A stretch of DNA of 64,000 nucleotides from a virus (IMGVR_UViG_3300047094_001400:6473-70472); one strand, 5' to 3'. Counted from the stretch's first letter, positions 29,482-39,060 are shown. Notes: a model not told the origin generated them from the letters alone. Numbers and translations are program-made.

Positions 29482-30558
29482 ATGGTACATATAATTCATT
29501 CTCAAATAGCGGAAGTTTATGGAATAGAAGAATCCATAATCCTGCAAAATATTTTCTACTGGGTAAGCAAGAATAAGGCTAACCAAAAAAACTTCCATGA
29601 TGGGCACTATTGGACTTACAATAGCAGTCAAGGATTAACAGAACTATTTCCTTTTATGGCTCCATATCCGAAAGGCGAAGATGGACTTCCTGATACTTCA
29701 AAGCCAAGGACAAACCAAAGGATTAAACGGGTTATCAAGAATCTTATTGAGGCAGGATTGATAAAATCCGGAAACTACAATAAGACAGGATATGATAGAA
29801 CTGCATGGTACACACTTACAGAACAAGGTGAAAACTTATTCAACTCAATAAATTGTACCATCCATGGTTCAAAAATGAACAATGGAAAGTTTGAAAATGA
29901 ACCACCTATACCAAAAGAATACACAGAAGAAAACAAAGAAGAAAAGATTAAATTACATTCCCCTCAATCTTCTGAAGAAGATTTTCAGGGTGAAACACAG
30001 GAAGATTTTTCTTCTCAAAAAGGGCAAGAAGAAATTCAGGTTGAAGAGAAAAAGAATACCAACCCATACCAACTCACTGATTCAGATATGAACCTATTGA
30101 AATCCTATCAAAAAGGATTCATTGAAGAAATTGACAAGGTTGCAAAGGTAAAGTATGACAAAAAATTAATTCACTTGTGCAAAACATTCAACCTGCTGAA
30201 CAAAGACAGAGAACTATTGAAAGCCATTTACATTTATTTCAGAACTTATCGTGACCATTTTGGAACATATACAACTGAAATCCGTTCATTCAAAGCCTTG
30301 AACGAAAAGATTGAAAAATTACAGGCTGAAATGATTAGAGAAACCAAAAGGGTTATCAAAGAATCCGGTAGTGTAGTATTGCACCAAGACAAAGAAAAGA
30401 AGATTGCCGTTATCTATAAATCAGATTCAATGAAAAAAGATGATAAAAACAGGATTGATGATTTTAAGAGAATCGGGTACACTGTTTTTGATATGTATAA
30501 AACCATTGGTCACATAGAATTAAAAGACCTTGGCTACCATGTACAACATGTATATTGA
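29482..30558 (+). CDS. Phage replication initiator (N-terminal wHTH)
   Basis: 'IAEVYGIEESIILQNIFYW..HDGHYWTYNS..GNYNKTGYDRTAWY' resembles phage replisome-organiser N-termini. Confidence 0.7.
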   Translation: MVHIIHSQIAEVYGIEESIILQNIFYWVSKNKANQKNFHDGHYWTYNSSQGLTELFPFMAPYPKGEDGLPDTSKPRTNQRIKRVIKNLIEAGLIKSGNYNKTGYDRTAWYTLTEQGENLFNSINCTIHGSKMNNGKFENEPPIPKEYTEENKEEKIKLHSPQSSEEDFQGETQEDFSSQKGQEEIQVEEKKNTNPYQLTDSDMNLLKSYQKGFIEEIDKVAKVKYDKKLIHLCKTFNLLNKDRELLKAIYIYFRTYRDHFGTYTTEIRSFKALNEKIEKLQAEMIRETKRVIKESGSVVLHQDKEKKIAVIYKSDSMKKDDKNRIDDFKRIGYTVFDMYKTIGHIELKDLGYHVQHVY

Positions 30559-30560
30559 TA

Positions 30561-32372
30561 ATGGACACATTTGAAAGCCATGGCATAATCGGAGTAAACT
30601 ACTCAAAACTGGAAGAACAACTTCTGCTCTGTCCTGTTTGTAGTCATACCCGTAAAAAGAAAAAAGACAAGTGCCTTGGCGTAAATGTCGGTAAAGGAGT
30701 TTGGGGTTGTAATCATTGCGGTTGGGCTGGAGCATTAAAAAAACAAATGGAATTTATACCACCTGTCAGAAACTATTCATTGCCTAAAGTTGAAGTACAC
30801 CCTATTTCAAACAAGGCTCTCATTTGGTTTGAAACAGACAGAGGTATAAACAGACAAACCCTGCAACACTTCAAAGTATTCTCCGATAAGAAATACTTTT
30901 TTCAGAAAGGAGATATACAAGCCGGAGAATCCTCCTGCATTGCATTCCCGTACTTCCGTGATGAAACAATAATCAACTGCAAATATCGTGATGGCAGAAA
31001 GCGTTTTACCCTTGAAACAGGTGCTGAATTAATAGCCTATAACGAAAACTCAATTAGAGGCTCAAGGGAAGTAGTTATTGTGGAAGGTGAACTCGATGTA
31101 TTATCCGTATGGCAAAGTGGCTACAAAGGCGTTATTTCACCTCCTAATGGGGCTAATTTGAATAGGAACAACCTTGAATGGTTGGATAAGATTTATGACC
31201 TGTTTGAAAATATTGATAAAATAATCATTGCAGTTGATAATGATTCTGCAGGAGAAAGTCTCAAGTTAGACCTCATTCGTAGATTCGGTAGCGAAAGAAC
31301 TTGGGTTGTCAGTTGGATAGATGATTGCAAAGATGCCAATGAAGTACTCTTAAAGTACGGAGAAGAAGCGGTAAGAACCTGCATTAAAGAGGCAAAACAA
31401 CTGCCCTTGGAGGGAATTGTTGAGCATGACAAGTTAGAAATGTCCGTGCTGAACTACTACGACCATGGACTTCCGCAAGGATTGACTGTAAGTTGGACTA
31501 AGTTTAGTGAAAGTTTTAAGGTTATTCGTGGGGAGTTTATGGTGGTTACGGGAATACCTTCTCACGGGAAGTCTGTATGGAGTGAAAACTATATGATTCA
31601 GTTGGCAAGGTTACACGATTGGAAGTTTGGGGTATGCGTGTTTGAAAGTGATCCGGAGATAATGGCGGTAAACCTGATTCAGTTACTTATCCGCAAGAAA
31701 TTCTTTGGCAACAACAGGCTATCTGAAATGGAAAGGGACTATGCCATGGACTTTATTAAGAATCATTTCTACTTTTTTGATGTGGGAGAGGGAGGAAATA
31801 CCTTGGATAATATCCTGAAACGAGGGGAAGAGCTTGTCAGAAGGCACGGAATTGATATGCTTTACATTGACCCTTGGAGTTATGTGGAAAAGGACAGAGG
31901 TAGAATGAATGATTCAGAATACTTTGAGGCACAGTTGCCAAAAATGAAGTCTTTCAGGAGAAGAAACAACTGCTCAATACTTTTGGTAGCACACCCAAGG
32001 AAGATGGACAGGGATAAAAATACCAACAAACTACGGGTTCCTGAGCCATACGATATTGGGGGAAGTAACCAGTGGTATGGAGCACCCGATAAGATTATCA
32101 GCGTGTATGCAAACTATTCTGAAGATGGGGTAATTTTGAACCACACCATATACATTCAGAAACAAAAGAAGTGGTGGCTTGGTAAAAAGGGAGAGGTAGA
32201 GTTTAAGATGTTGGACCATGGAGAGTTCATAGAGTTGCAGGAATATAACCAACGGGATATGAATCAGCCATCTTTTAAGGAAAGACAAGCGAATGATGAC
32301 ACTATGAAATCAGTAAAAGTAGAGGAAGAAAATAATGATGACAGTATGGGACAAGATACAGCCCCTTTTTAA
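30561..32372 (+). CDS. T7 gp4/Twinkle-like primase-helicase
   Basis: Zn finger CPVC..CNHCG, TOPRIM 'VEGELD' and 'AVDNDSAG..KDANE', Walker A 'GIPSHGKS', 'LVAHPRK'. Confidence 0.9.
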   Translation: MDTFESHGIIGVNYSKLEEQLLLCPVCSHTRKKKKDKCLGVNVGKGVWGCNHCGWAGALKKQMEFIPPVRNYSLPKVEVHPISNKALIWFETDRGINRQTLQHFKVFSDKKYFFQKGDIQAGESSCIAFPYFRDETIINCKYRDGRKRFTLETGAELIAYNENSIRGSREVVIVEGELDVLSVWQSGYKGVISPPNGANLNRNNLEWLDKIYDLFENIDKIIIAVDNDSAGESLKLDLIRRFGSERTWVVSWIDDCKDANEVLLKYGEEAVRTCIKEAKQLPLEGIVEHDKLEMSVLNYYDHGLPQGLTVSWTKFSESFKVIRGEFMVVTGIPSHGKSVWSENYMIQLARLHDWKFGVCVFESDPEIMAVNLIQLLIRKKFFGNNRLSEMERDYAMDFIKNHFYFFDVGEGGNTLDNILKRGEELVRRHGIDMLYIDPWSYVEKDRGRMNDSEYFEAQLPKMKSFRRRNNCSILLVAHPRKMDRDKNTNKLRVPEPYDIGGSNQWYGAPDKIISVYANYSEDGVILNHTIYIQKQKKWWLGKKGEVEFKMLDHGEFIELQEYNQRDMNQPSFKERQANDDTMKSVKVEEENNDDSMGQDTAPF

Positions 32373-32622
32373 TGAGGCAAATTGTAAAGTTATGGGAATG
32401 AACATTAAATATCACAGGAACCTGAATCCGATACTTGTGGAGTTAAACGGGGTTAAGGTAGGAGAAATCAGTAAAACCAACACAGGATACAAACTTGTAA
32501 CTGAAAGTGCTTTTGGCTCGTTACAGGTGGAATGTGGTGATGGTAATGAAGAAAAATTGAAATTAAGCAAGGAGGTAGATAGGGTATGTGGGATATTCAT
32601 TTTGGGATTAATTAAACTTTGA
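32335..32622 (+). CDS. Hypothetical protein (start may be 32392)
   Basis: ORF in operon. Confidence 0.45.
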   Translation: MMTVWDKIQPLFNEANCKVMGMNIKYHRNLNPILVELNGVKVGEISKTNTGYKLVTESAFGSLQVECGDGNEEKLKLSKEVDRVCGIFILGLIKL

Positions 32623-32903
32623 GAACTATGGACAGCGTAATTAAGTCGTACTTTTTGGATAAGGAAAAACCTATTGCAATACGGGTGTTTTCTAAGATTC
32701 AGTTTGAGGTTGTGTTAAAATACTTTGGAGTGAAGGCTATGTCTTTTGAGGGTGAGAACTTCATAAGTTTTAGCGATGGCTATCGGGCGAGTAAAAAGGG
32801 TTATGGGGTAAGTAATTTACCCACAATACTTACCTTTGCGGAGTTTTGGATGATAGCAGACGAGGACTATATAGTTGATTTTGATAGGATTATTAGGAAG
32901 TAA
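32619..32903 (+). CDS. Hypothetical protein
   Basis: 94-aa ORF abutting the methyltransferase. Confidence 0.5.
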   Translation: MRTMDSVIKSYFLDKEKPIAIRVFSKIQFEVVLKYFGVKAMSFEGENFISFSDGYRASKKGYGVSNLPTILTFAEFWMIADEDYIVDFDRIIRK

Positions 32904-34208
32904 ATGCAAATAATAGACTTATTTTCAGGGGTAGGTGGTTTTAGTATTGCAGGACATCAACTTGGTTGGGAAACCATTTTGTTTTGCGAGAAAGAACCAT
33001 TCCCACAAATGGTATTACGGGAGAGATTTCCAGGAGTACCTATTTTTGACGATGTTTGTAAATTAACAGGAGAAAAAATCAATGGACTTATTCAATCAGA
33101 CAGACCAATTATCCTCACAGGAGGTTTTCCTTGTCAACCGTTTTCAGTCGCAGGAGCAAGAGAGGGTACAGAAGATTCTCGACATCTCTGGCCGGAAATG
33201 TTTAGAATTATCAAAGCAGTCCGCCCGGACTACATTATTGGGGAGAATGTGCCTGGATTACTTAGTATTGAAGGGGGAATGGTATTTGAACAGGTGTGCC
33301 TTGACTTGGAAAGCGAAGGCTACGAAGTCCAGGCGTTTGTACTTCCAGCTTGTGCCACAGGTGCACCGCACAGACGGGACAGAGTTTGGATTGTTGGATA
33401 TAATGCCAACACCGAGAGCAAACGACAAGAATCATTCACTACAAGGGCAGAAAAGTTTCAATCACAGATTAGAACGGGGTTATTTTGCGGAGGTAGCCCT
33501 GAATGGGATATTAGTGGAGAGGATGCAGGGGCTAATGGCAACCCCGAACACAATGGACCACCTTCCGAGCCGGAGTTACGAAGCAATGAAAAAACAGGCA
33601 ACAACAGGTGGCAGGAAGAACAGACAACGCCCGAGCAACCTTCGGGAGCAGATAGACCCGTTGATGCAACAGGCATATACGGAGGCAAGGTTGGAGGCAA
33701 ACGGGTTACTCCCGACACCAACGAAATTCGATTACAACTCAGCAAGAACACCGGAGAAATGGGAGGAGGACAAAGAGAAATACAAGAATCAAGGTGTGAA
33801 TCTTCAATTACCTCTAAAGCAAATGGCAACATTGGGGTTACTCCCGACACCACAAGTAATGGACATACGGGAGGATATTCGGAAACCAGAGGAGAGGTCG
33901 GAGAAAGCCAACAAAGGGGGTTGCTCGAATCTTCGGGAGTCAATTCAGGTAACTACTGGGGAAACTGGCCATCTATCTCACCTTTTCACTCTGGATATGA
34001 TGGGATTTCCGAAGACATGGTGCGACATATCCGAACCACTCTTGCAGAGGCTGGAGAAACGCCTGAAAACATTGAAGCGTATATCCGAAAAGAAACCAAC
34101 TGGCTCAGGAAACAAGCAATAATGGCAGCAGGAAACGCAGTAGTTCCAACAGTAGTTTTACAAGTTATGAAAGCAATACAGAATCATTATGAAAATACTA
34201 ACGATTGA
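32904..34208 (+). CDS. DNA (cytosine-5) methyltransferase, alpha-like polypeptide
   Basis: Motif I 'DLFSGVGG', IV 'GGFPCQPFS', VI 'ENVPG', VIII 'HRRDRVW', X 'AGNAVVP'. Confidence 0.9.
   Translation: MQIIDLFSGVGGFSIAGHQLGWETILFCEKEPFPQMVLRERFPGVPIFDDVCKLTGEKINGLIQSDRPIILTGGFPCQPFSVAGAREGTEDSRHLWPEMFRIIKAVRPDYIIGENVPGLLSIEGGMVFEQVCLDLESEGYEVQAFVLPACATGAPHRRDRVWIVGYNANTESKRQESFTTRAEKFQSQIRTGLFCGGSPEWDISGEDAGANGNPEHNGPPSEPELRSNEKTGNNRWQEEQTTPEQPSGADRPVDATGIYGGKVGGKRVTPDTNEIRLQLSKNTGEMGGGQREIQESRCESSITSKANGNIGVTPDTTSNGHTGGYSETRGEVGESQQRGLLESSGVNSGNYWGNWPSISPFHSGYDGISEDMVRHIRTTLAEAGETPENIEAYIRKETNWLRKQAIMAAGNAVVPTVVLQVMKAIQNHYENTND
33082..34122 (+). CDS. Nested alternative-frame methyltransferase subunit (TRD-like repeats and motif IX)
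   Basis: 346-aa +1-frame ORF with four (L/M)(P/A)TP..D repeats and 'LSHLFTLDMMGFPKTW'. Confidence 0.7.
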   Translation: MDLFNQTDQLSSQEVFLVNRFQSQEQERVQKILDISGRKCLELSKQSARTTLLGRMCLDYLVLKGEWYLNRCALTWKAKATKSRRLYFQLVPQVHRTDGTEFGLLDIMPTPRANDKNHSLQGQKSFNHRLERGYFAEVALNGILVERMQGLMATPNTMDHLPSRSYEAMKKQATTGGRKNRQRPSNLREQIDPLMQQAYTEARLEANGLLPTPTKFDYNSARTPEKWEEDKEKYKNQGVNLQLPLKQMATLGLLPTPQVMDIREDIRKPEERSEKANKGGCSNLRESIQVTTGETGHLSHLFTLDMMGFPKTWCDISEPLLQRLEKRLKTLKRISEKKPTGSGNKQ

Positions 34209-34737
34209 CCCTTCAATGAGCCACACAGCGTTGGTTCTATTTGAACTAAACACGGAATCCATGGAAGCCAAAGTGGCTTGGAGTACCACCATTAACACCG
34301 AGAAAGCCAAAAAGAATAAGCAAATTCGGGCAAGTTCCGATTTGATTCAGAGGTGCAGGGAACTTTATGAACCTATACAATACTACCTTAAAATATACCA
34401 ACCCGACCTAATCTTTGCGGAAACGCCATCAGGTTCTCAAAGTGCTTCGGGAATGAAGTCTTATGGAGTAAGTTGTTTTCTCCTTGCTACATTAAGTCCT
34501 GACCCTATTGAGGTAACCCCTATTGAGGTAAAGAAAGCCTCTGTTGGAAGTAAGACTGCAAGCAAGGCAGAAATGATAGCGTGGGCATTTGAGAAACACC
34601 CTGAACTTGAATGGAAGTTAGATAAGTCAGGGAAGCCCCAAGTAACCACCGAGGAACACAAGGCGGATGCAGTAGCGGTATTCTATGCCGGACTACAAAC
34701 ATCTGACTTTAAGAGAGTATTGTCGTTTAGGAAGTAA
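34189..34737 (+). CDS. RuvC-like Holliday junction resolvase
   Basis: 'ILTIDPS', 'IFAETP', 'TPIEVKK..ASKAEMI', 'HKADAVA'. Confidence 0.8.
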   Translation: MKILTIDPSMSHTALVLFELNTESMEAKVAWSTTINTEKAKKNKQIRASSDLIQRCRELYEPIQYYLKIYQPDLIFAETPSGSQSASGMKSYGVSCFLLATLSPDPIEVTPIEVKKASVGSKTASKAEMIAWAFEKHPELEWKLDKSGKPQVTTEEHKADAVAVFYAGLQTSDFKRVLSFRK

Positions 34738-34768
34738 TTTTGTAACCTTACTACCTAATTACTCGTAT

Positions 34769-34954
34769 ATGCACACAGGTCAGGAACTACGGAAACATTT
34801 ATGGAAGAAAGTTTTAGTCAGAATACCCAATGTAGGCAGTTACTTTGCCACTTTGGTAATGATTGATGAAAAACTCCATGAATGCCAAGTTCGTGATACC
34901 AAGCATAAAGTTCTTCACAAAGTCCGTTTCAGGCACATTCGTTTAATTAAATAA
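34769..34954 (+). CDS. Hypothetical small beta-barrel-like protein
   Basis: ATG at 34769; fills the intergenic gap. Confidence 0.5.
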   Translation: MHTGQELRKHLWKKVLVRIPNVGSYFATLVMIDEKLHECQVRDTKHKVLHKVRFRHIRLIK

Positions 34955-34962
34955 TAAAATCT

Positions 34963-35841
34963 ATGCAGACAGAGTACTACTCCGACAAGACACGCCTAAG
35001 CAGTTCAGGAATTAAACACCTGCTCAAAAGTCCAAGGCACTATCAACTTTACCTGCTTAATGGTATCGAAACTACCGATGCCATGAATCACGGGCAGTTC
35101 ATTCACACCGCAACTATGGAGGAATCTGAAATACACAACAGGTTCAGACTACTTGCAGACCCAAGGCTTGAACCAAATAAAGAAGGTAAGATTGAGTTCA
35201 GGTCAGCACTTAACAAATCAATAAGAGATGAGTTTATTAACCAGTGCGAACTTGATGGCGTTACTCCCATAATCAAAAAAGATGATTGGTATGAAATTAT
35301 TGCCACCGCAGGTTCCGTTAAACAAAGTCCTATCTACAAACAACTATTCCAAGATGCAGAAGTAGAGAAAGAATTTCATTGGACAGACCCACAATACAAT
35401 ATCCCAATGAAAGGCAAAGTGGATTTATTCAAAACTCTTCAAGGTTTCGCAGTAATCGGGGACTTGAAGAAACTGCCTGATATTGATATTGAATCCGTAA
35501 AGGGATATGTTAAGCACAAAGACAGGCTTATTCATTGCCAACTTGCTATCTACTCCGAGGCTATTCAGGAAGTATTAGGACTTGAAACTAAGTTCCATAT
35601 TGTCATTGGTTGCAATAAAGAAAGCCAACAAAACGGATTCTTCCTCGTTCCACAAGAACCTACGGATGGTACTTCTGTATGGCAAGACTATTCTATTAGT
35701 GCAGGTAAAACTATCTACACCCGAGGTAAACAGATTTACAGAGATTGCCTTGACAGATTTGGAAACCCTTGGGAGGATAATGTAGTATGGCCAGGAGTAG
35801 AATACTTTGCCTCAAACGAATACGGATTAATTGAACTTTAA
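34963..35841 (+). CDS. PD-(D/E)xK exonuclease (RecE/exonuclease VIII, DUF3799-like)
   Basis: 'LSSSGIKHLLKSP', 'GQFIH', 'KGKVD..IGDLK', 'HCQLAIY'; upstream of RecT. Confidence 0.8.
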   Translation: MQTEYYSDKTRLSSSGIKHLLKSPRHYQLYLLNGIETTDAMNHGQFIHTATMEESEIHNRFRLLADPRLEPNKEGKIEFRSALNKSIRDEFINQCELDGVTPIIKKDDWYEIIATAGSVKQSPIYKQLFQDAEVEKEFHWTDPQYNIPMKGKVDLFKTLQGFAVIGDLKKLPDIDIESVKGYVKHKDRLIHCQLAIYSEAIQEVLGLETKFHIVIGCNKESQQNGFFLVPQEPTDGTSVWQDYSISAGKTIYTRGKQIYRDCLDRFGNPWEDNVVWPGVEYFASNEYGLIEL

Positions 35842-35854
35842 TAAATAAATCACC

Positions 35855-36658
35855 ATGTCAGACACAAAAGCAATTCAGAAACAGGAAAGTGCACCTGCAA
35901 AAATCACTAACCCATCAGAGGCTATTGCAGCAGCCAAGCAAAGATTCCTAAGCGTAATGCCACAGGAAACATTTGTGAAAGAAGCCAATTTTGCTTTACA
36001 AATTATCCAAAGCAATCCCAAAGGATGGCAGAATGTGGATTTAATGTCTATCCGTAGTGCAGTTGAGAATATCGCATTTACAGGACTTACATTGAATCCT
36101 GCTATGAAGTTGGCATATCTTATCCCACGCAAAGGAAAGGCTATATTTGAAGCCGGATATGGTGGATTGGTGAAGATTCTAACGGATTCAGGTAGTGTAA
36201 AGAAGGTTGCAGCGGTAGTTGTGTACGAGGATGAGGAGTTTGAGTACAATGCGGCAACACGAATGGTGGTCAAGCACGAGCAGAAGTATGCCAAAACAGA
36301 GAAAGAACACATGGCAAGAAAGGTAATTGGTGCCTACTCTTGTGCTACTTTAACCGATGGTAGTTTGGATTATGAGTTTATGCCTGGTTGGGAACTTGAT
36401 AAGATTAAGTCCAAAAGCGATGGTGCTAACTCTCAATATTCCCCTTGGCAGGAAAGTAATTGGGCAGATGAGATGCGGAAGAAAACCGTTATTAAACGCC
36501 ACTACAAGTACCTTCCTAAGTCAGAGCAGGTAAGTAAGATTGTTGATTTAGATAACCAGCAGTTTATTGTTGAGAAGCCAAATATTTCTGAATTATTTGT
36601 TCAGAGTACTGAAACAAAGATTGAGGATGCTCCGTTAGACATCACACCACATGAGTAA
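35855..36658 (+). CDS. recT: RecT-family ssDNA annealing recombinase
   Basis: 'GLTLNP..AYLIPR', 'GYGGL', 'SPW..EMRKKTVIKR..KYLP'. Confidence 0.85.
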   Translation: MSDTKAIQKQESAPAKITNPSEAIAAAKQRFLSVMPQETFVKEANFALQIIQSNPKGWQNVDLMSIRSAVENIAFTGLTLNPAMKLAYLIPRKGKAIFEAGYGGLVKILTDSGSVKKVAAVVVYEDEEFEYNAATRMVVKHEQKYAKTEKEHMARKVIGAYSCATLTDGSLDYEFMPGWELDKIKSKSDGANSQYSPWQESNWADEMRKKTVIKRHYKYLPKSEQVSKIVDLDNQQFIVEKPNISELFVQSTETKIEDAPLDITPHE

Positions 36659-37019
36659 GAACAAGACCTCAAAAGAATCAACCGTGCTTCGGGCAATTAA
36701 TTTTGCCCGAGCATTGGTTGGCATTTCCAACCCTAAAACCGAAACAACAAAAATGGAAACTGGCTACGACAAAATCCAACGAAAGACTTCTTCTGAACAT
36801 AGAAGTCCTTCTGGTGTAAAACTATTGGCACAATACCTTGAAAAGAATGGTGTTATTACGCCTATGCAAGCCCTTAGTGAACTTGGCATTTACAGACTTG
36901 GTGCAAGAGTATTTGAGCTTAGGCATGATTATAACTGGCAAATTACCTGCGAAAAGTTTGCGGTAAAAGGTAAGATACATTCAAAGTACATTCTAATTAA
37001 GAAAGGTAAAGAAGTATGA
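36651..37019 (+). CDS. Phage HTH-domain protein
   Basis: 'ITPMQALSELGIYRLGARVFELR'. Confidence 0.7.
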   Translation: MSKNKTSKESTVLRAINFARALVGISNPKTETTKMETGYDKIQRKTSSEHRSPSGVKLLAQYLEKNGVITPMQALSELGIYRLGARVFELRHDYNWQITCEKFAVKGKIHSKYILIKKGKEV

Positions 37020-37456
37020 AACATGGCATTTGGATTCTCGTTATACTGCTAATGGCGGTTGTATCAATTCAGTTAGATAGGTACAAGAAAATAAAGCAGG
37101 AACTTAGTGAAATCTCTTGGGATAAGAAAGTGCTTCAGGATGCTTGGTATGCTTACCATGACATTGATATTCAGTTACAGGCTTTGCTTACAGGTTGTCC
37201 GGATTCTGCAATGATATACCACACAGCGTTAAGTGAATCAGGGAACTTTAATAGCAATCAGTTCCAAAGGAATAGGAATCTATTTGGGTTTCATAATGGT
37301 CAGGATTACCTGAAGTTTAATCATTGGAAGGAATCGTTTGACTATTTTATGAATAAGTTCTATTGCGACATTCGCCATGGAGAAAGTTATTGTGCCTTTC
37401 TCCGTAGGAAAAAATTTGGCACAGGAGGATTTGTAAACTATTGTACACAGAAATAA
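37016..37456 (+). CDS. Membrane-anchored glucosaminidase-like (GH73-like) protein
   Basis: N-terminal TM; 'LSESGNF..NRNLFG..FNHWKES'. Confidence 0.55.
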   Translation: MKHGIWILVILLMAVVSIQLDRYKKIKQELSEISWDKKVLQDAWYAYHDIDIQLQALLTGCPDSAMIYHTALSESGNFNSNQFQRNRNLFGFHNGQDYLKFNHWKESFDYFMNKFYCDIRHGESYCAFLRRKKFGTGGFVNYCTQK

Positions 37457-37579
37457 ATATGAAAGGACAGACAAAAAAACAGCAACCCGTAAGTAAGCGG
37501 AATCAGGTTTTTACAGTTCAGGTAAAAGACCATGAAGGCAAAATGCGAGAATCAAAAATATCTTATCCGATAAAAGTTT

Positions 37580-37771
37580 ATGGCAGACAGGATTGAGCAT
37601 ATTGAATTTTGGGAATACCCCAAGTTGCCTGATCCAAATGTAGACTATGGCGAACCGAATCTCCCCGAATGCACTTGTGGCGAGTGCGGATTGGTATGGG
37701 AGACCGAAGATATTGACGATATGGGGCGGTGTGGTGAATGTCGACCTGTTCAGGCTAATGATGGGTGGTAG
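37580..37771 (+). CDS. Small Zn-finger protein
   Basis: Two CGEC motifs. Confidence 0.5.
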   Translation: MADRIEHIEFWEYPKLPDPNVDYGEPNLPECTCGECGLVWETEDIDDMGRCGECRPVQANDGW

Positions 37772-37777
37772 ATAAAT

Positions 37778-37874
37778 AGTCAGGTGGCGCAATGGTAGAC
37801 GTTGTTCCGAAGTACAAGGAACGTAAAATGGGGTAATCCTCATAGTATACAGGTTCGAATCCTGTCCTCGGCTA
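37778..37874 (+). tRNA. tRNA-like gene with non-canonical anticodon arm and long variable arm
   Basis: agtcagg acceptor strand, D-loop 'aatggtaga', hairpin gttcc-N9-ggaac, variable arm atgggg/cctcat, T-arm acagg-TTCGAAT-cctgt; amino-acid identity not assignable. Confidence 0.6.
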
Positions 37875-37966
37875 GACAAGTTGTATGTGGGAGGTAGAAA
37901 TATCTCCTACATCTCTTGTTTCTTAACAAGAGGGTTCGTATATTTGTGACTACAAAATATAAGTAT

Positions 37967-38380
37967 ATGAAAAGATTTTTTGACAAAGTAGAAAAGACTG
38001 ATACTTGCTGGTTGTGGACAGCAGCTATTAGAGGGAAAACAGGATATGGTGCATTTAAACTTAATAGCAAAGTTATAGATGCACATCGTATATCTTATGA
38101 ATTACATAATGGTGTAATTCCTAATGGAATGTATGTTTGTCACACTTGTGATAATAGAAAATGTGTAAACCCTAATCATTTATTTTTAGGTTCTCCTAAA
38201 AATAATTGGCAAGATGGATTTGATAAACAAAGAATTAAACCATTAGGAGGAATAGATACAGAGAAATTAAAAAAACATCCAAGTAGAGGTGCTTATCTAA
38301 GAGGATGTAGATGTGATGAATGTAAAGCTATCAATAACATGATGGTTAAAAGATATAGGGAAGGATTAAAAAATAAATAA
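37967..38380 (+). CDS. HNH homing endonuclease
   Basis: 'CWLWT..GYG..AHRISY..VCHTCDNRKCVNPNHL..N' and C-terminal 'GCRCDEC'; own promoter TATATTTG at 37939. Confidence 0.9.
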   Translation: MKRFFDKVEKTDTCWLWTAAIRGKTGYGAFKLNSKVIDAHRISYELHNGVIPNGMYVCHTCDNRKCVNPNHLFLGSPKNNWQDGFDKQRIKPLGGIDTEKLKKHPSRGAYLRGCRCDECKAINNMMVKRYREGLKNK

Positions 38381-38410
38381 TTCTGTCCTGACTACTAAAG
38401 ATAAAAACAA

Positions 38411-38608
38411 ATGACACAATTCGACATCATCCACCTAATCCGCACCACCAGAGCCGAAAAGGGGTATAAGCAAACCGACATGGCTGAAATGCTAAACATG
38501 AACTTGTTGGCATACCAGCGACTTGAACAGGGCAAGACCCAACTGCCCGTGTTCAGGATGTTGCAGATATTTAACTTGTTGGGGATTGAGATAAAATTGA
38601 GCAAATGA
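38411..38608 (+). CDS. XRE-family HTH regulator
   Basis: 'RAEKGYKQTDMAEMLNMNLLAYQRLEQGK'. Confidence 0.8.
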   Translation: MTQFDIIHLIRTTRAEKGYKQTDMAEMLNMNLLAYQRLEQGKTQLPVFRMLQIFNLLGIEIKLSK

Positions 38609-39039
38609 CAACCTACCAAATCTGCGTAAAATTGTACGGACAAGCCACCGTAGACCAATGGCTTCTGAGCAAGATGGAAGAGATACCACCGCCAACGATT
38701 CAACTCGATATGTTTAACGGCTTTATCAGGTCGTTTGATGTAACCAAACGCACCACCAGACAATACGAGGTAGTTCGGATTCCAGAGCGAAAAATGACGA
38801 TGGAGGATGTCATCAGTTCCCAGCGATACGATGCGGTGAATGTCCGGTTCGTGCTGGTCAAATACTTTGTGGATAATTACCCAAATTACGACTTCAATAT
38901 GATTGGATTGGTTTTCGGAGGCAAAGACCAAAGCACCATACGCCACGCATATCAGGAGGCTTGTAATCGCTTGGATATAGGCGACCCAGATACAATCGAG
39001 GCGTGGCAAAGATTAATGGATTTTGTGAAACATAAATAA
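38605..39039 (+). CDS. Protein with DnaA C-terminal (domain IV)-like HTH
   Basis: 'IGLVFGGKDQSTIRHA' compared with the DnaA consensus IG..FGGRDHTTV.HA. Confidence 0.65.
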   Translation: MTTYQICVKLYGQATVDQWLLSKMEEIPPPTIQLDMFNGFIRSFDVTKRTTRQYEVVRIPERKMTMEDVISSQRYDAVNVRFVLVKYFVDNYPNYDFNMIGLVFGGKDQSTIRHAYQEACNRLDIGDPDTIEAWQRLMDFVKHK

Positions 39040-39060
39040 ATTAAACCCGTATAAACTATC

